Notes under the pieces: model-generated | The model's input: only the letters and a program-made list of their open reading frames with translations | Database searches by the model: none | What the model was told of the DNA's origin: nothing | In this document: positions 1 to 13,099 of the stretch, piece by piece | Numbering within the stretch: position 1 is the stretch's first letter | Layout: every line of letters starts with the position of its first letter | Translations under genes and position numbers: made by a program | Source of the DNA: Camelus dromedarius | Lineage: Eukaryota | NCBI RefSeq assembly: GCF_036321535.1 | Contig: NC_087436.1 | Span: forward strand, 50,222,001-50,286,000 | Length of the DNA stretch: 64,000 nt | Direction: 5' to 3'

Positions 1-537
1 CTATTTCCTTTTGATTTATTCATCCTAGAGGTCAGTGATTAGAAATAGAAGCCAATTTCCTATTGTCTCAACTAGTTTGCTTCTTTCAGTGAAAAAAAGA
101 AAAAAGAAGCCAGCTAGCAACACTGAATTGAAGTGATCTTTAAAATGTTATTTTCACTGTCATTCCATTTTATTAACATGGTACCCGCCTTTTATAAACA
201 AATCTGACATTGATCTTCCTTAACCATTTTATGGCGAGGTAATGAATTAGATGAAATTTAGAGGAAATTCCTACTCAGATATGGTATTGATTCCTCAGAC
301 TACCTAAAGTAAGTGCATTTCCAGTACTGGATAAAATTCGATTAAACACTTAATATCAAAGAATACCAATGTTTATTTTCATTAAAGCAGGCAAATAAAC
401 TACATGTCCAATACCACAAGATGTGCCTTAAAGGCATAAAAAATGATTAGCCTCCTTCACTTGAATTTCATCAAGGAATTTGAAATGATATGACAAGTAA
501 TATATTATCCAATAAGCAAGTTCAAGAAAATGTTTCC

Positions 538-862
538 TGCGTTAGTTTTCTAGGGCTGCTAGAAAAAAGTACTAGAGACTGGATGACATAAACAATGGAA
601 AATTTTTTCTCATAGTTCTGGACAATATAAATTCTAGGTCAAGGTTTTAGTAGGGCTGGTTTCTTCTGGGGCTCCTCTTAGCTTGTAGACAGCATCTTCT
701 CCCTGTGTTCTCACATGGTCTTTGCTCTGTGGTTTTCTATGCCCACATTTCTCCTTCTTATAGGGAAATCAGTCATATTAGATTAGGGTCCACCCTAATT
801 ACCTCCTGTTAACTTAATTACCTCTTTAAAGACCCTATTTCCAAATAGAGTCACATTCTGAG
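538..862. mobile_element. MLT1-type (ERVL-MaLR) LTR fragment
   Basis: Typical MLT1 motifs: ttagttttctagggctgct, tctcatagttctgga, gattagggtccaccctaat, ccaaatagagtcacattctgag. Confidence 0.75.
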
Positions 863-879
863 CAAGGATTTCTTTATAT

Positions 880-1435
880 GATATAGAAGACCTAACAATA
901 ATAAAAACATTTACTTCCAGAAAATTCAAACATTTCATGCAATTCAATAACAAACAAACAAACAAAAACAATCAAAAAATGGGCAGAAGACCTAAATAGA
1001 CATTTCTCCAAAGAAGACATACAGATGGCTAATGAGCACATGAAAAGATGCTCATTAACACTAGTTATTAGAGAAATGCAAATTAAAACTACAGTGAGGT
1101 ATCACCTCACGCCAGTCAGAACGGCCATCATAAAAAGTCTACAAATGAATGCTGGAGAGAGTATGGAGAAAAAGGAACCCTTCTACATTGTTGGTGGGAA
1201 TGTAAATTGGTGCAGCTACTGTGTAGAACAGCGTGGAGATTCCTTAAAAAACTAAAAATAGAGTTACCATATGATTGGCAATCCCACTCCTGGGCATATA
1301 TCTGTAGAAAACTCTAATTCAAAAGGATATATACATCCCAGTGTTCACAGCAGCACTATTTACAATAGCCAAGAAATGGAGCAACCTAAGTGTCCATTGA
1401 CAGATGAATGAATAAAGAAGATACCACATTGTGTG

Positions 1436-1471
<36 letters not shown>

Positions 1472-1622
1472 GGAATATTACTTATCCATAAAAAGAATGG
1501 AATAATGCCATTGGCAGCAACATGGATGAATCTAGAGATTACTATACTAAGTGAAGTAAGTCAGACAGAGAGAGAAGTATCATATGATTTCACTTACATG
1601 TGGAATCTAAAACAAACAAACA
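880..1622 (+). mobile_element. L1 3' fragment (ORF2 C-terminus and 3'UTR) with internal (CA)n
   Basis: ORF 1025-1255 [18 protein letters not shown] and ORF 1433-1636 ATWMNLEITILSEVSQ are L1 ORF2 end motifs; (CA)n at ~1439-1469. Confidence 0.95.
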
Positions 1623-2680
1623 ACTTCCACAGTTGAGTTAACACATAGGATTCGAAGATTATATATTACTAAGCAGAACAGCTGTACTAAGGATCATTAC
1701 TATACTACCAGCAAGTAGGTGTACCTAAGCCATAGTAAGAATTTCTCTGTTTAAAGTACAAACTTTTCATGTCAAATGAAAATAAATACAGACATTTGTT
1801 ACCCTACTTCTGATGATGTGGCTTAACAAACATGGAAACTAGTCTCTGCTGGGTCAAGTCAAGTGCAGGGTTTTTTTTGGGGGGGGGGTTAGCGTCAGGG
1901 GAGAAGGAACAGTTTGAGAGCTAATTCTCTCTGAAAAAAAATGGTTAATGTGGATATTTGTGCCTTGTACTACAATTAGGCTCACTCTAGTAAAAATCAG
2001 TACAAATTATTTGAGTTATTTACAGAAGAAGCCACAAAAGTCTTCAATGAGAGGTTTACCACAAGCATCTAAAGATGGCTAGACATTCATAGTTTTAAAT
2101 CATAGCATGATTTTTTACTGTGGTTACTACTTAGGACACAGTTTTCTAGCTGAATTCCTCAGAATTCTTCCCATTTTACTTAATATTAGGTACTGGGTGC
2201 TTAATTTTCTTGATCTAGCTACATCTGGCTTGACTTCTCTTGCTTTTTCTGCATTGGCCCATGCTTGACTTTAAGAACACAGGAGGAAACACTTCAGCAA
2301 CTTCAAAGCCACAAGCCAAATCAGGGTATGTGAAATAGGTTTATTCATGGGCTCATAGTAGCATGTAGGATAGAAAAGACTCAGGTAGTAGGATCCCTGA
2401 AGTCAAAACTACTGGAGAATGTAACAGCTGTTTTTGCGGCAATGCAAGTGTTGTAACTCCATGGCACACTAAGCGTCCCTTGGCAACACTAGGACTTGAT
2501 GTAAGTCGTAAGACAGAGAATCAGAACAACTCCCATGCCCCCAGGAAACACATACACTAAGGCACACACATTTTCCCAACAGAAAGCATAGCATCACAGT
2601 AAATGTCGGTTTATAGAGGTGAGGAAAGCAGAGCATATTATAAAAGAGAAACTATAAGAGTATCATTTTATTTTGATCTG

Positions 2681-2722
<42 letters not shown>
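2681..2722 (+). repeat. (CA)n microsatellite
   Basis: Direct reading. Confidence 0.95.
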
Positions 2723-2723
<1 letters not shown>

Positions 2724-4049
2724 CATTTGGTAGTCATCTTGTAGCGTTTAAGGGAAAAAGAAACACCAGCCTGGTGAGGTCACTTTCAGTCTTCCTTTTG
2801 TGAGCTTCTCTTGAGATGTTCATAGTGACTTTGTTTTTATTCTTTTTTTTCTGTTTCAAACATTTTTCTACTAAGTACCCTCTCCCTGTAGAAAACCTTA
2901 AAAGTAAAACTATGAAACAAAATTAAAATTCATAATTTAAAAGCTATGGGAGATACTGAGGTTATTTGAGGATAGGCATAATCACCAGAGTATTTGATTT
3001 ATTTGATTTTGGAGCTTCAGTAATTAGGCAAGACATACTAGAACACGATAAGTAATACTGTTCCAGAAAAAAATGTATTATCATAAAATTCTTAGGAAAT
3101 AAATGTACCCTTAAAAATGGCTGTGTAAAGGCCTACAAAAAATTTAATTTTGAATAATTATCAAATGTTCCTGATTTTAACAAAAGCAGGGATTTTGAAT
3201 ATTAATATTTGCAGTGATAAGTGTAAGTCTTGAGAAGACTCTTAGAAAGTATAAGGATTTTAAAGTATTTTAAATGTTTCTAATATATTCAAATATTAAG
3301 ACCAATGTGTTTTGTCTTGTAAAAAATAATTGATCAAAATAAGGCTACATGATAGTCTTATATTTTGTATAACTTGATAATAATAACAATCAGAATTGTA
3401 CCCATAAATATTAATTTTAACATAATTCAGAATGATAAACTATCCAGTAGTCTAATGATAAGAAAAGAAGCTTAAAACATATTGATCTCTATGCTCCTTA
3501 GAAGATCCAGCTCATGATATCAACTTTGTAATGAGCTTGAGTCTCTAGACACAGCTATACAAATACACAGAAAGAGAGACTAAGTGAAAAGAACAGATAC
3601 CAAAAGTGAAAATGTGTTTTCTGTTGGCAATCTCATACACTAACACTGCATTTTTTTATCTATAAACTCTCAAAAGCCTAACTAGTTATTAACTGATAAA
3701 CGGTGAAAAAAATTTCCCATAGGATCATAAAACTTAAAGAGAAATAAAAGTAGAAGTGAATAAAAGAAAGATGTAACTTTTCCTTTAGAGAGAAAAAAAA
3801 GACTATCTTCTTGTTTCAGAGGAAATGAAATCTATTTTTATATGACACAGACTGAATTGATAATGATATGAACATCAGTAAGCGTTGTATAGGACATTTC
3901 TTTGTTATATTTTTGTTATTTTGCTTTAGCAGATAGGAATGGAGAGTAAGTGTTGGCATATTTACCAAATGCAGGCAAAAGCAGGCAATAATCTGGCAGC
4001 AAGACTAGTTGATTTATAGTATTACTCAACTTTGTTTCATTAAAGCACG

Positions 4050-4297
4050 ATTAGGGGATGAGAAGGTATAAATTGGGAGTTTGAGATTTGCAGACACTAA
4101 CTACTATATATAAGATAGATAAACAACAAGTTTCTTCTGTATAGCACAGGGAACTATATTCAGTATCTTGTAGTAACCTGTAATATAAAAGAATATGAAG
4201 AGGAATATATATATATGTTCATGAATGACTGAAACATTATGCTGCACGCCAGAAATTGACACAACACTGTAAACTGACTATGCTTCAATTTAAAAAA
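4050..4297 (+). mobile_element. L1 3'UTR fragment
   Basis: gggagtttgagatttgcaga...atagcacagggaactatattcag...gaaattgacacaacactgtaaactgacta followed by an A-tail; same family as 55236-55855. Confidence 0.9.
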
Positions 4298-6602
4298 GCA
4301 AGATTAAAGAGTTAAATTAAAGTAAAATTAAGTTAAATTAAAGAGTTAAAGATTAAAGAGAAGCACAATAACAACCAAGTATCAGTATATTTTTTGTTAC
4401 AAACAGCAAAAGGCCTGGGTGAAATTTACTTAAAGAAAAACGTATTTGTTAGTTTAAAACTGAAAAGTACAATGTATATTAATCTTAATTATGAATTGAT
4501 ACAGGTCTCAAATTATGTAAACATGAAGTGAATGTGCCATCTCTAATCTTTCTAAACTGCATCCCTAAAGTGGGCTCTATTCTCAAGCCTGTATTATTTA
4601 CAGAATAATTGTCACATTTCGTCCGGTACATCTTCTCTTGTCTACATCGTCCAGTAAGAGTCTTCTTTCCCTGATAACTCAAGGAAAAGCTCTAGAATTG
4701 AATTACAGTGGCTTGATTGGTTGACTTGGGCCATGTCCTTCATCTATCAAGCTATCTTGGTCAGCAGAAGACAGACTGAGTAACTCAGCAGAGGTCATAA
4801 GTTTCACAATTAGAATTGGGGATAGAATAAGTTTCATTGGAAGTACCTCGGATACTTTCCCCACAACAAATTAAAGTACTGATGCTAAAATAATGAGTGG
4901 ATGGATCTGTGCTACTAAATAACAAATGTGCACTACCTTTCACAACCTTGAGTGAAATAGAGTCCTGACAAATGTTCCTTGACCCCTGCGTTATCCCAAG
5001 ACTCACGTGAAAAGAATAACAACAGTCACTGTAACAAATGGCTAAAACCAGGTTTCTGTGACTCATATCCTATTTATCTGAATTCTGTTTTGACAATGAA
5101 CCTTTAGTCTATTCCCTGAATAAACAAGCGAAGCTTAGAACCCAAAAACAGCCAAGCTAAGCATCAGAAGGTGTCACTACCATTATATATGTTATCACCC
5201 ACATACTTTTCATTTCAGAATTATTAGCTTTCCCTATAAAATATTAAATGATCCTGATTTTGAATAGACTGCTGTTGGATGCTTAATTTTGCCAGGGTAG
5301 TTTAAGGTAAGATGTTTACACACACACCACCCACCCAACCACACACACTCACAGACACAGACACACATTTTTTTTTTTTTTAATTTCAGCTAAAAACTGA
5401 GATAATCTAAACCAGGTACATTTTAGAATATTTATTCTATTGGGAGATAGGCACTGATGCATGCACAATGGATGCCCTCAAAATATGACCTTGTTTCTGC
5501 CTTTAAGGAACTCTCATTCTAACAATAATGGTAAGATTACTGGTAGTCACTGATGCTTCATAAGTTCCTGGTAATTTATCTGGCAATAACTCACTTAATC
5601 TTCATATCAAGTCTGTATTTTAAGGACTATTATTTTAAGGAGTGAGGAAGCAGTGGCGTAACAAAATGAGCTAATAAGTAGTAGATTCAAATTTAGGGCC
5701 TCTGATTCCAAAGACAGATTTCTTAACTATTCTGTGGTACTCTACAGTCTACTAGGAACAAAACAGAAAGAGAATAACTCTAGGGGGAAGAAAACTCATA
5801 AACATGTATGTTTCAGTAGAAATAATGTGTCAGAGCAGATGTATGATTATGGTAGGAGAAATTCAGGTAATGAGTCCATAATCCAATGGGAAATTGAAGG
5901 CATCATTTTCTCTTTGTGATGATTCTAGCATGGTTTGTAGATCGAGCCTATTAGCTTTTGTGTCCTCAGTTTGTTTCCAAGATATTTATTAAGCAAGTAA
6001 TTATGGAGAATGCACTATTATTTAGAGTCTCATTTCTGAAAGGCACTAATAAAAACAAGTTATGATATTATAGTACAGGTGCTATCATGAAAATTAAAAG
6101 GTTCTACGTTAACATTACCTGGTCCTCAAGAAAGTAGGAGACAAGGTACAAGCTTGAGTAGTTCACTAGCAGACCAGTTTGCAGCAATAAGATGATAGTA
6201 AAATGGGGTGGAAAGTGTCAGAGAGTAAAAAGGTAGAATAGAATCTTTCCTGTCATGTCAACAAGTTTGTATTTTAAAACTAATTACAAAGTTAAGAGTG
6301 AACATTTTTAGGCAGCAGATTGGTCTGGATGTATTGGTGAATAAAATAGAAACAACAGGAAAAAAATTTTAAACAGCTTCTGCCCTCACAAAGCTTACAT
6401 TCTTACAGCAGTTATAGAATATAAACAAATGATAAGTAAATTGAATAGCATTCTACATGATAACAAATATAATGGAAAAAGAGAAAACTGTAGCAAGGAA
6501 GGATGAAGTCAGTTGAATGGTGGGGGTGGGGCTGGTTACACTTTTAAATGGAGTCATCAGGATGGGCTAATTAAGAAAATGTCATTTAAAAAAAGGACTT
6601 GG

Positions 6603-7305
6603 ATCCTCAAAAAACTAGGAATAGACTTACTATATGACCCAGGAATCCCACTCCTGGGAACCCAGGAGTATCCAGAAGGAACCCTACTTCAAAATGACAC
6701 CTGCACCCCAGTGTTCATAGAAGCACTGTTTACAATAGCCAAGACATGGGAACAGCCTAAATGTCCATCAACAGATGACTGGATAAAGAAGAGGTGGTAT
6801 ATTTATACAATGGAATACTATTCAGCCATAAAAACCGACAACATAATGCCATCGTAGCAACATAGATGTTCCTGGAGAATGTCATTCTAAGTGAAGTAAG
6901 CCAGAAAGAGAAAGAAAAATACCATATGAGGTCGTTCATATGTGGAATATAAAAAATAAATAAATGAATAAATAAATAAATAAATACAAAACAGAAACAG
7001 ACTCATAGACATAGAATACAAACTTGTGGTTGCCAAGGGGGCGAGGGGTGGGAAGGGACAGACTGGGATTTCAAAATGTAGAATAGATAGACAAGATTAT
7101 ACTGTATAGCACAGGGAAATACATACAAGATCTTATGGTAGCTCACAGCAAAAAAAAAAAATGTGACAATGAATATATATATATATATGTTCATGTATAA
7201 CTGAAAAATTGTGCTCTACACTGGAATTTGACACAACATTATAAAATGATTATAACTCAATAAAAAAGTTAAAAAAATAATAAATAACTAAATAAATAAC
7301 TAAAC
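6603..7305 (+). mobile_element. Young 5'-truncated L1 (lineage-specific subfamily)
   Basis: [25 protein letters not shown]...WEQPKCPSTDDWIKK; A-rich tail; imperfect TSD aaaaaggacttgg / aaaaacacttgg. Confidence 0.95.
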
Positions 7306-7597
7306 AAAAAACACTTGGCAAAGAAAAGGTTAGCCATGTGGGTATATGAACAAAAGATAAATAACTGCATTTACCCAGAAAATCTAGGACACCATTAGTC
7401 AAAATATTGTTTTAAATTCAGCAAAGAATATCTTAATTAGTATGACTTTTTGTAAATAAAATACACACCTTTTGTCTTATAAATGATGTTTTGCAGTTAT
7501 ATTTTCAGTTAATTTCTGGAGGCTGATACTGTTTTCATCCTTCATAGCTCCCAGCACAGAATAGTTGTGTACTGAATGTTTGTTCTATGTATGCATC

Positions 7598-8231
7598 TGT
7601 AACCGAGCAGGATCCTATGGGGCCTTCCCAAAACAAACCTCCCACTCCCCACCATGTCCTCTGCCTGCCTCTTATTTGTTGAAAAAATTTAGCCTCCTAG
7701 GCCTTCGCTGAGTTCCAACGGATAAATTTAATCAGAGAAGAAAATGTGGAAACAAAGGAAAGCAGCCAGTAAGACAAAATAATAATACTCTAGCCATTAA
7801 ACAAGGTCGAGGGCCTTCAGTTCCTTCTCAAGTACTGTAGATAACCTTCTGAGCCAAATCCCTTGAGCTGTTTTTTAGATACTGTCACCTCCACCATGTG
7901 GAAGAAGTTAACTGTCTGTTTCCCACAGCATGTAGACTCTAGACCGATTGGAACCAGAAGGCTGATGATGTTGACTCCTGATTACCTCACCACTAACCAG
8001 TCAGAAGAATGACCATGAGCTGATCACACATCCCACAACATTCTTCCTTTCCCTGTCTTCAAAAACCTTTCCCTAAAAGCCATGGGAGTTTGGGTCTTTT
8101 GAGCATTAGCTACCTGCACTCCTTGCTTGGCACCCTGCAATAAATATTGCACTTTCCTACACCACAACCCAGTGTCAGTAGATTGGCTTTACTGTGCTCA
8201 TGTGAGCAGACGCAAGTTCAGTTTGGTAACA
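7598..8231 (+). mobile_element. Solo ERV LTR
   Basis: TGTAAC...GTAACA termini, AATAAA at ~8139, exact 4-bp TSD CATC on both sides. Confidence 0.9.
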
Positions 8232-9832
8232 CATCTATGAGTGCTTAAATAACACCATTTTCTCACTTACTTTTCCCATATGTACTACTCAAGTGATCTT
8301 TTATAAATCACTTTCTCATCCAAGTTTAAATGTAATATTTTATCTAACTTAGCCTCACAGGTGAATAATTCTGGATTCAGAGAATGTAGGCGTCAAGGTC
8401 AGGCACAGTATGATTTGGTTCAGTGTACATTCCATTACAATGGACTTTCTGGAGTTCTAGGTGAGATAAATGACTGTGAGGGTATGTTATGGTGGTTTCT
8501 GATTTTTAAAATATTCTCCTGAAATCCCTGAATATGATAAAGTCAAAGCCTGCTATTTATTCAATATATTGATTCAAAGGGAAAGTACTATTTTCATACA
8601 TTTTAATAATTAGCAATAAGAATTATGAATTGATCAATATTTCTTTTGGGAAGGTTTTTTCTTTTAAAGTGTATAACAATCATAAGAAAATCTTATGAAA
8701 GCAATAGTTGCAGTAATTTCACTTGTCTACTGCTTTACAGAAACATGATTAGTAAATACTGTTTAGTGTTTCTTAACTCTTTGGATTGAGTTAACATTAG
8801 TGTTTCCTGACTCTCTAAATTGATTTATATCATATTTATGGACTCCTAGAAGCAATATTTTTTGAGTGGATATATATCCTTCAATATTTTAGAAAGGTAA
8901 CCAAAACATGTACTTCTTCAGAGGTCACTAAAATATACATTTTTTTCATAAGCACTGTTGTTTCCAGTGTCTTAATTATGAACTACTAAGATTTAATGGG
9001 TAAGATACATGTGGTGAACTATATAATACTAGGAAATATAAAAGGGATATTTACAATAATATTTCCCAGCACAGTTTTAATATATTACACTTTTTAAATG
9101 TATTAAACTCTAGAAGACTGACTTGGCTTACACTATATGAATGACTATATGTAAATTAAAAGAATCCTTCTTAGTGAATTGTTAAGACGACCCAAAATTA
9201 TGTAATTTGAAATAGAGAATGAGAGAAAAGGTAACTTTCAGATATATGTATATATCTACAAATGTTTTCCTTAAAATAATTTAACATGTGTCAGCTAATT
9301 CTATACATAAAAACAGTCTTACACAGTTAACTGAATTTACTATTTAAAAAAACCCAAACATAATGGAGATTTTTAAGTACTTTCAATGTGAAACAGGATT
9401 TGAAAGTGAATTTCAGTTTTCAACCTTTCATTTGACTTAAGTTTATTTATGTACTTACTGCTAAAGATTTCAATATAAAAGGCTATATTTTGGTATTAGA
9501 CAGATAATCAACTGAAAGGGAACACAGGGAAGAACAAGAACTCAACTTGGTTGGTCCAATAGCCAATTCTGTACAATCTCATTGTATTTGTTGCCATTCT
9601 TTCAACTCATGGTCTATTTATTTTACTATCACACTGTTGAGAGAGGAACTAAAACACATGTTCCACAAAGACTGTGTGGTCATCTGTTATGTAACCCAAA
9701 GACAGAGTGTACTAGGCTGAATCCAAAGTTGCCCCTAGTAATCCTCATCTCTTGGTATTCCCCCCTACCCCTTAAATAAAGGGAGGATCTAGTGACTTAA
9801 TTCAAGTGAACTGAATACAAAAAAATGTTATG

Positions 9833-9948
9833 GAGGGGGGAGGGTATAGCTCAGTGGTAGAGTGTGTACTTAGCATGCACAAGGTCCTGGGTTCAATCCC
9901 CAGTACCTCCATTAAAAATAAATAAATAAAGCTGATTACCTACCCCCC
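9833..9948 (+). mobile_element. tRNA-derived SINE (camelid Vic-1-like), inserted in an older MLT fragment
   Basis: A box tagctcagtggtagag, B box ggttcaatccc, (AAAT)n tail; TSD caaaaaaatgttatg / caaaaaaattttatg. Confidence 0.9.
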
Positions 9949-9989
9949 CAAAAAAATTTTATGAGATATCACTTCTTTTAATTATTATT

Positions 9990-11425
9990 ATTATTTAGTT
10001 AAAGTTTTTCAATTTTTGTGGTAAATGCATATAACTAAAATTTATAAGCTTAATCATTTTTAGGTGTATAGATCAGCAGTATTAAATACATTCATAACAT
10101 TGTACAATTACCACCACCATCCATCTCCATATCTCTTTTTATCTTGTAAAACTGAAACTTCACACTCATTAAACAATAACTCCCCATTTCCTCCCACAGC
10201 CTTTGGCAGCCACCATTCTACTTTTTGTCTCTAGGGTTAGGACTACTCAAAGTATCTCATATAAGTGGAATCTTATAGTATTTGTCTTTTTGTGACTGGT
10301 TTATTTCACTTGGCATAATATCCTCAAGCTTCATCCTTGTGATAACATATGTCTGAATTTCCTTCCTTTTTAAGGCTGAATAGCATTCATATATATATAA
10401 CATTTTGCTTATCTATTCGTCAGTAGATGGACACTTTGAATGCTTCCACATTTTAGCTATTGTGAATAATGTTGCTATAAATACGAGTGTACAAATATCT
10501 TTTCAAGATTCTGTTTTCAATTCTTTTGGGTACACATCTGGCAATAGAATTGCTGGCTATATGATAATTCTGTATTTAATTTTGTGAGAAACTGCCATAT
10601 TGTTTTCCACACTGGTTGTGAGTACGGTATTGAAGTCTGAAATTATTTTTTTAGAACTAACTATTTCTCCCTTTAATTCTGTCAATTTTTGTTTCATATA
10701 TCTTAATGATCTGTCATCAGGTGCAAAATGTTTATAAATGTTACATCCTCTTGCCATTTTGAAACTTTTATTAAGATATAATATCCTTTTTTGTTACTTG
10801 TACTCCTTTTGAAGTTTATTTTGGCTCATATTAGTATAGCCACCCTTTCTCTCCTTTTGTTAATATTTGAATAGAATATCATTTTGCATCCTTTCACTTT
10901 CAATCTATATGAATTATTTAAATATTTATGCAATATTTAAATTCCTTTCTCATTTCCTTTTTTGTATATGCTATAACTATTTTCTTTGTGATTATCATGA
11001 GGGTTATATTTAACATTGTAACGTTATAAAATTCTAATTTGAATTTATACCAGTGTAACTTCAATAATAAACAAAATCTCTAATCCTCTGAATTTTCATC
11101 CCCACTCCTTTTGGTTGATGATGTCACAAAATTACAGCTTTATACATTGTATGCTCCAAAACATAATTATTTTAAGTGCATTAATTAGTCTCTTAAATTA
11201 TGTAGAATAATTAATGTAGAGTTACAAACCAAAGTTATAATAATACTATTAGACTAATAATTGTTTTTAAAAATATTAGTTTCTTAAATCATGTAGAAAA
11301 CAAAAAGTGGACTTACAAACTGTTGTTTCATTAATACTAACATGTTGTATACCTTAAACTTATACAATGTTATTACATTAAATATATTCATTAAGTATAT
11401 TACATTAAATATATTCAATTAAAAA
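9990..11425 (-). mobile_element. Old L1M fragments (3' end joined to the endonuclease region), plus a short plus-strand L1 tail
   Basis: Antisense L1 3'UTR/ORF2 motifs; ORF 10557-10757 RYMKQKLTELKGEI...ISDFNTVL is L1 endonuclease-like. Confidence 0.85.
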
Positions 11426-11993
11426 ACTGAAATGCATCACTTCACAGGGCCCAATTGTACTCCCCACAATTTGGAGAATGTTATAGATATTCATTTATTT
11501 TTTATTTATTGAATCACTTATATTTTCTTATTCTAAAAGATTTTCGGATCAACTTGCAACAGCAGTAGTAACAAAATAATTTACTAAATTTACTGAAAAC
11601 TAAGAAATAAATTGTTAGATATACCCATCCCCAGATTTAAAATAAATGCCCTAAACAAAAGTTTAGTCCACTCAGTAATGGTTCAAGTTATACTAATACA
11701 TCTTCTCCGCAAAAGGAAAGGGATCATGTTTTTGGAGTCCATCTCAACACACAGTTTTAGTATAGAAAGGAAGGGAAATCTGTGCTTTTAATGTGGCATA
11801 TAGAGCACTTAATGGGATGTATTTTCTTTTTCCTCCTTATCTTTTAAAAGAAATTTGTCCAAAGCTAGCCTCTGAATATGTATTTTTTCCATTAAAATAA
11901 TACAAAACTCTTTTTGACATGATATTGCTGACAATATTCATGCCACTCTCTGGCTCAGTGAAGTGCAGGAGAGCAGTATTATCATTATTATAC

Positions 11994-12079
11994 CTGGAAG
12001 ACAATCTGTCTGCTATTCTTCCTGGAAGGAGATACTGTACAATACTTGAAAAAGTTTTCACAAAAGTGTTTGTCCTCCT
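11994..12079 (-). pseudogene. Candidate exon remnant of the GREB1-like relic (EEDKHFCENFFKYCTVSPSRKNSRQIVFQ)
   Basis: ttattttag acceptor, CAG|gtataa donor, open frame; only weak resemblance to GREB1 DDVDF...KQIVV. Confidence 0.35.
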
Positions 12080-13099
12080 CTAAAATAATTACGTTTATTT
12101 AATTCCTTACCAAATATTTTATAGATTTTTTTAAAGATTAATTTTTATCATCATAGAGACTTAAGGTAATAAAAATTATAGAGCAAAGCTGAAGAATAGA
12201 ATGACAAAATAGCAGGGTGTGCTAAGGCACCATCAGCCATTTTTTTTGCAAAATAGCACTAATTGTGGCTCTTGCAATTAGAAACAATGCTATGCATCCC
12301 CAGATTGGCATGACTATATAAATGCCTATCTCTGCAGAAATTTTAAATCACTATAATTTCATTCTGGATTTTGATTACCATAATTATACTCTATTAAAAC
12401 AATTAATTCAAAAGAAAATAATACCAAAGTGGATGAGTTCTATTTTTTGGTTCAATTATGTTGTTATTGAGGTAAGTATAGTCACAATGAATTGGGATGG
12501 CAAAGTTTTTGACTGAAATTGTCTTTTATTTGTGGTTCTCTTTTACACTAAAAGAGTGATGAAATTTGAATATTAGGAAAGAGTTTAGAGTTCAGAGGTT
12601 AATGTCTCTGTATATATGCATCCATGCCAATTTTCCCCTAACTTTCTTCTAATGGGAAAAAAGAATTCCAAAAGAACTGGATTATCCAATTAGATTAAAT
12701 TTTTCACTCCTGTATTTATTTCATTCTTTACTTTTCCAATTATTCACAATATGATTAATATTCTTTCAGAGGATGATCTCTTTTTGGTGTGCCTGTGTGT
12801 GTGTGCTTTCTAGATCCTATTAGACCATAAGTTATTTGAAAGAAGAAATCATAGTCTGTGTGTTTTTCATTCTGTTTGAGTGATCCCCATCATACTTCTG
12901 ACTCTCTCTGTCTCCCTCTCACACACACTCACAATGCATGAACACACACGCACACAAACCCAGAAGAGCTCATTCATTGAGAAACTATGAAAAAATGTAG
13001 TGAATAATAGGTGAACAAGTAAATAGCAATAGAAGTAACAAAAAAAAGATGCATATATCATATGAATGATGCAATTTGTGAAGATTTTCAAGTGTCTGA

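Noticed and set aside
9833..9910. tRNA-like sequences (also ~24815 and ~46930)
   Set aside because: SINE heads with A-rich tails and TSDs, not tRNA genes
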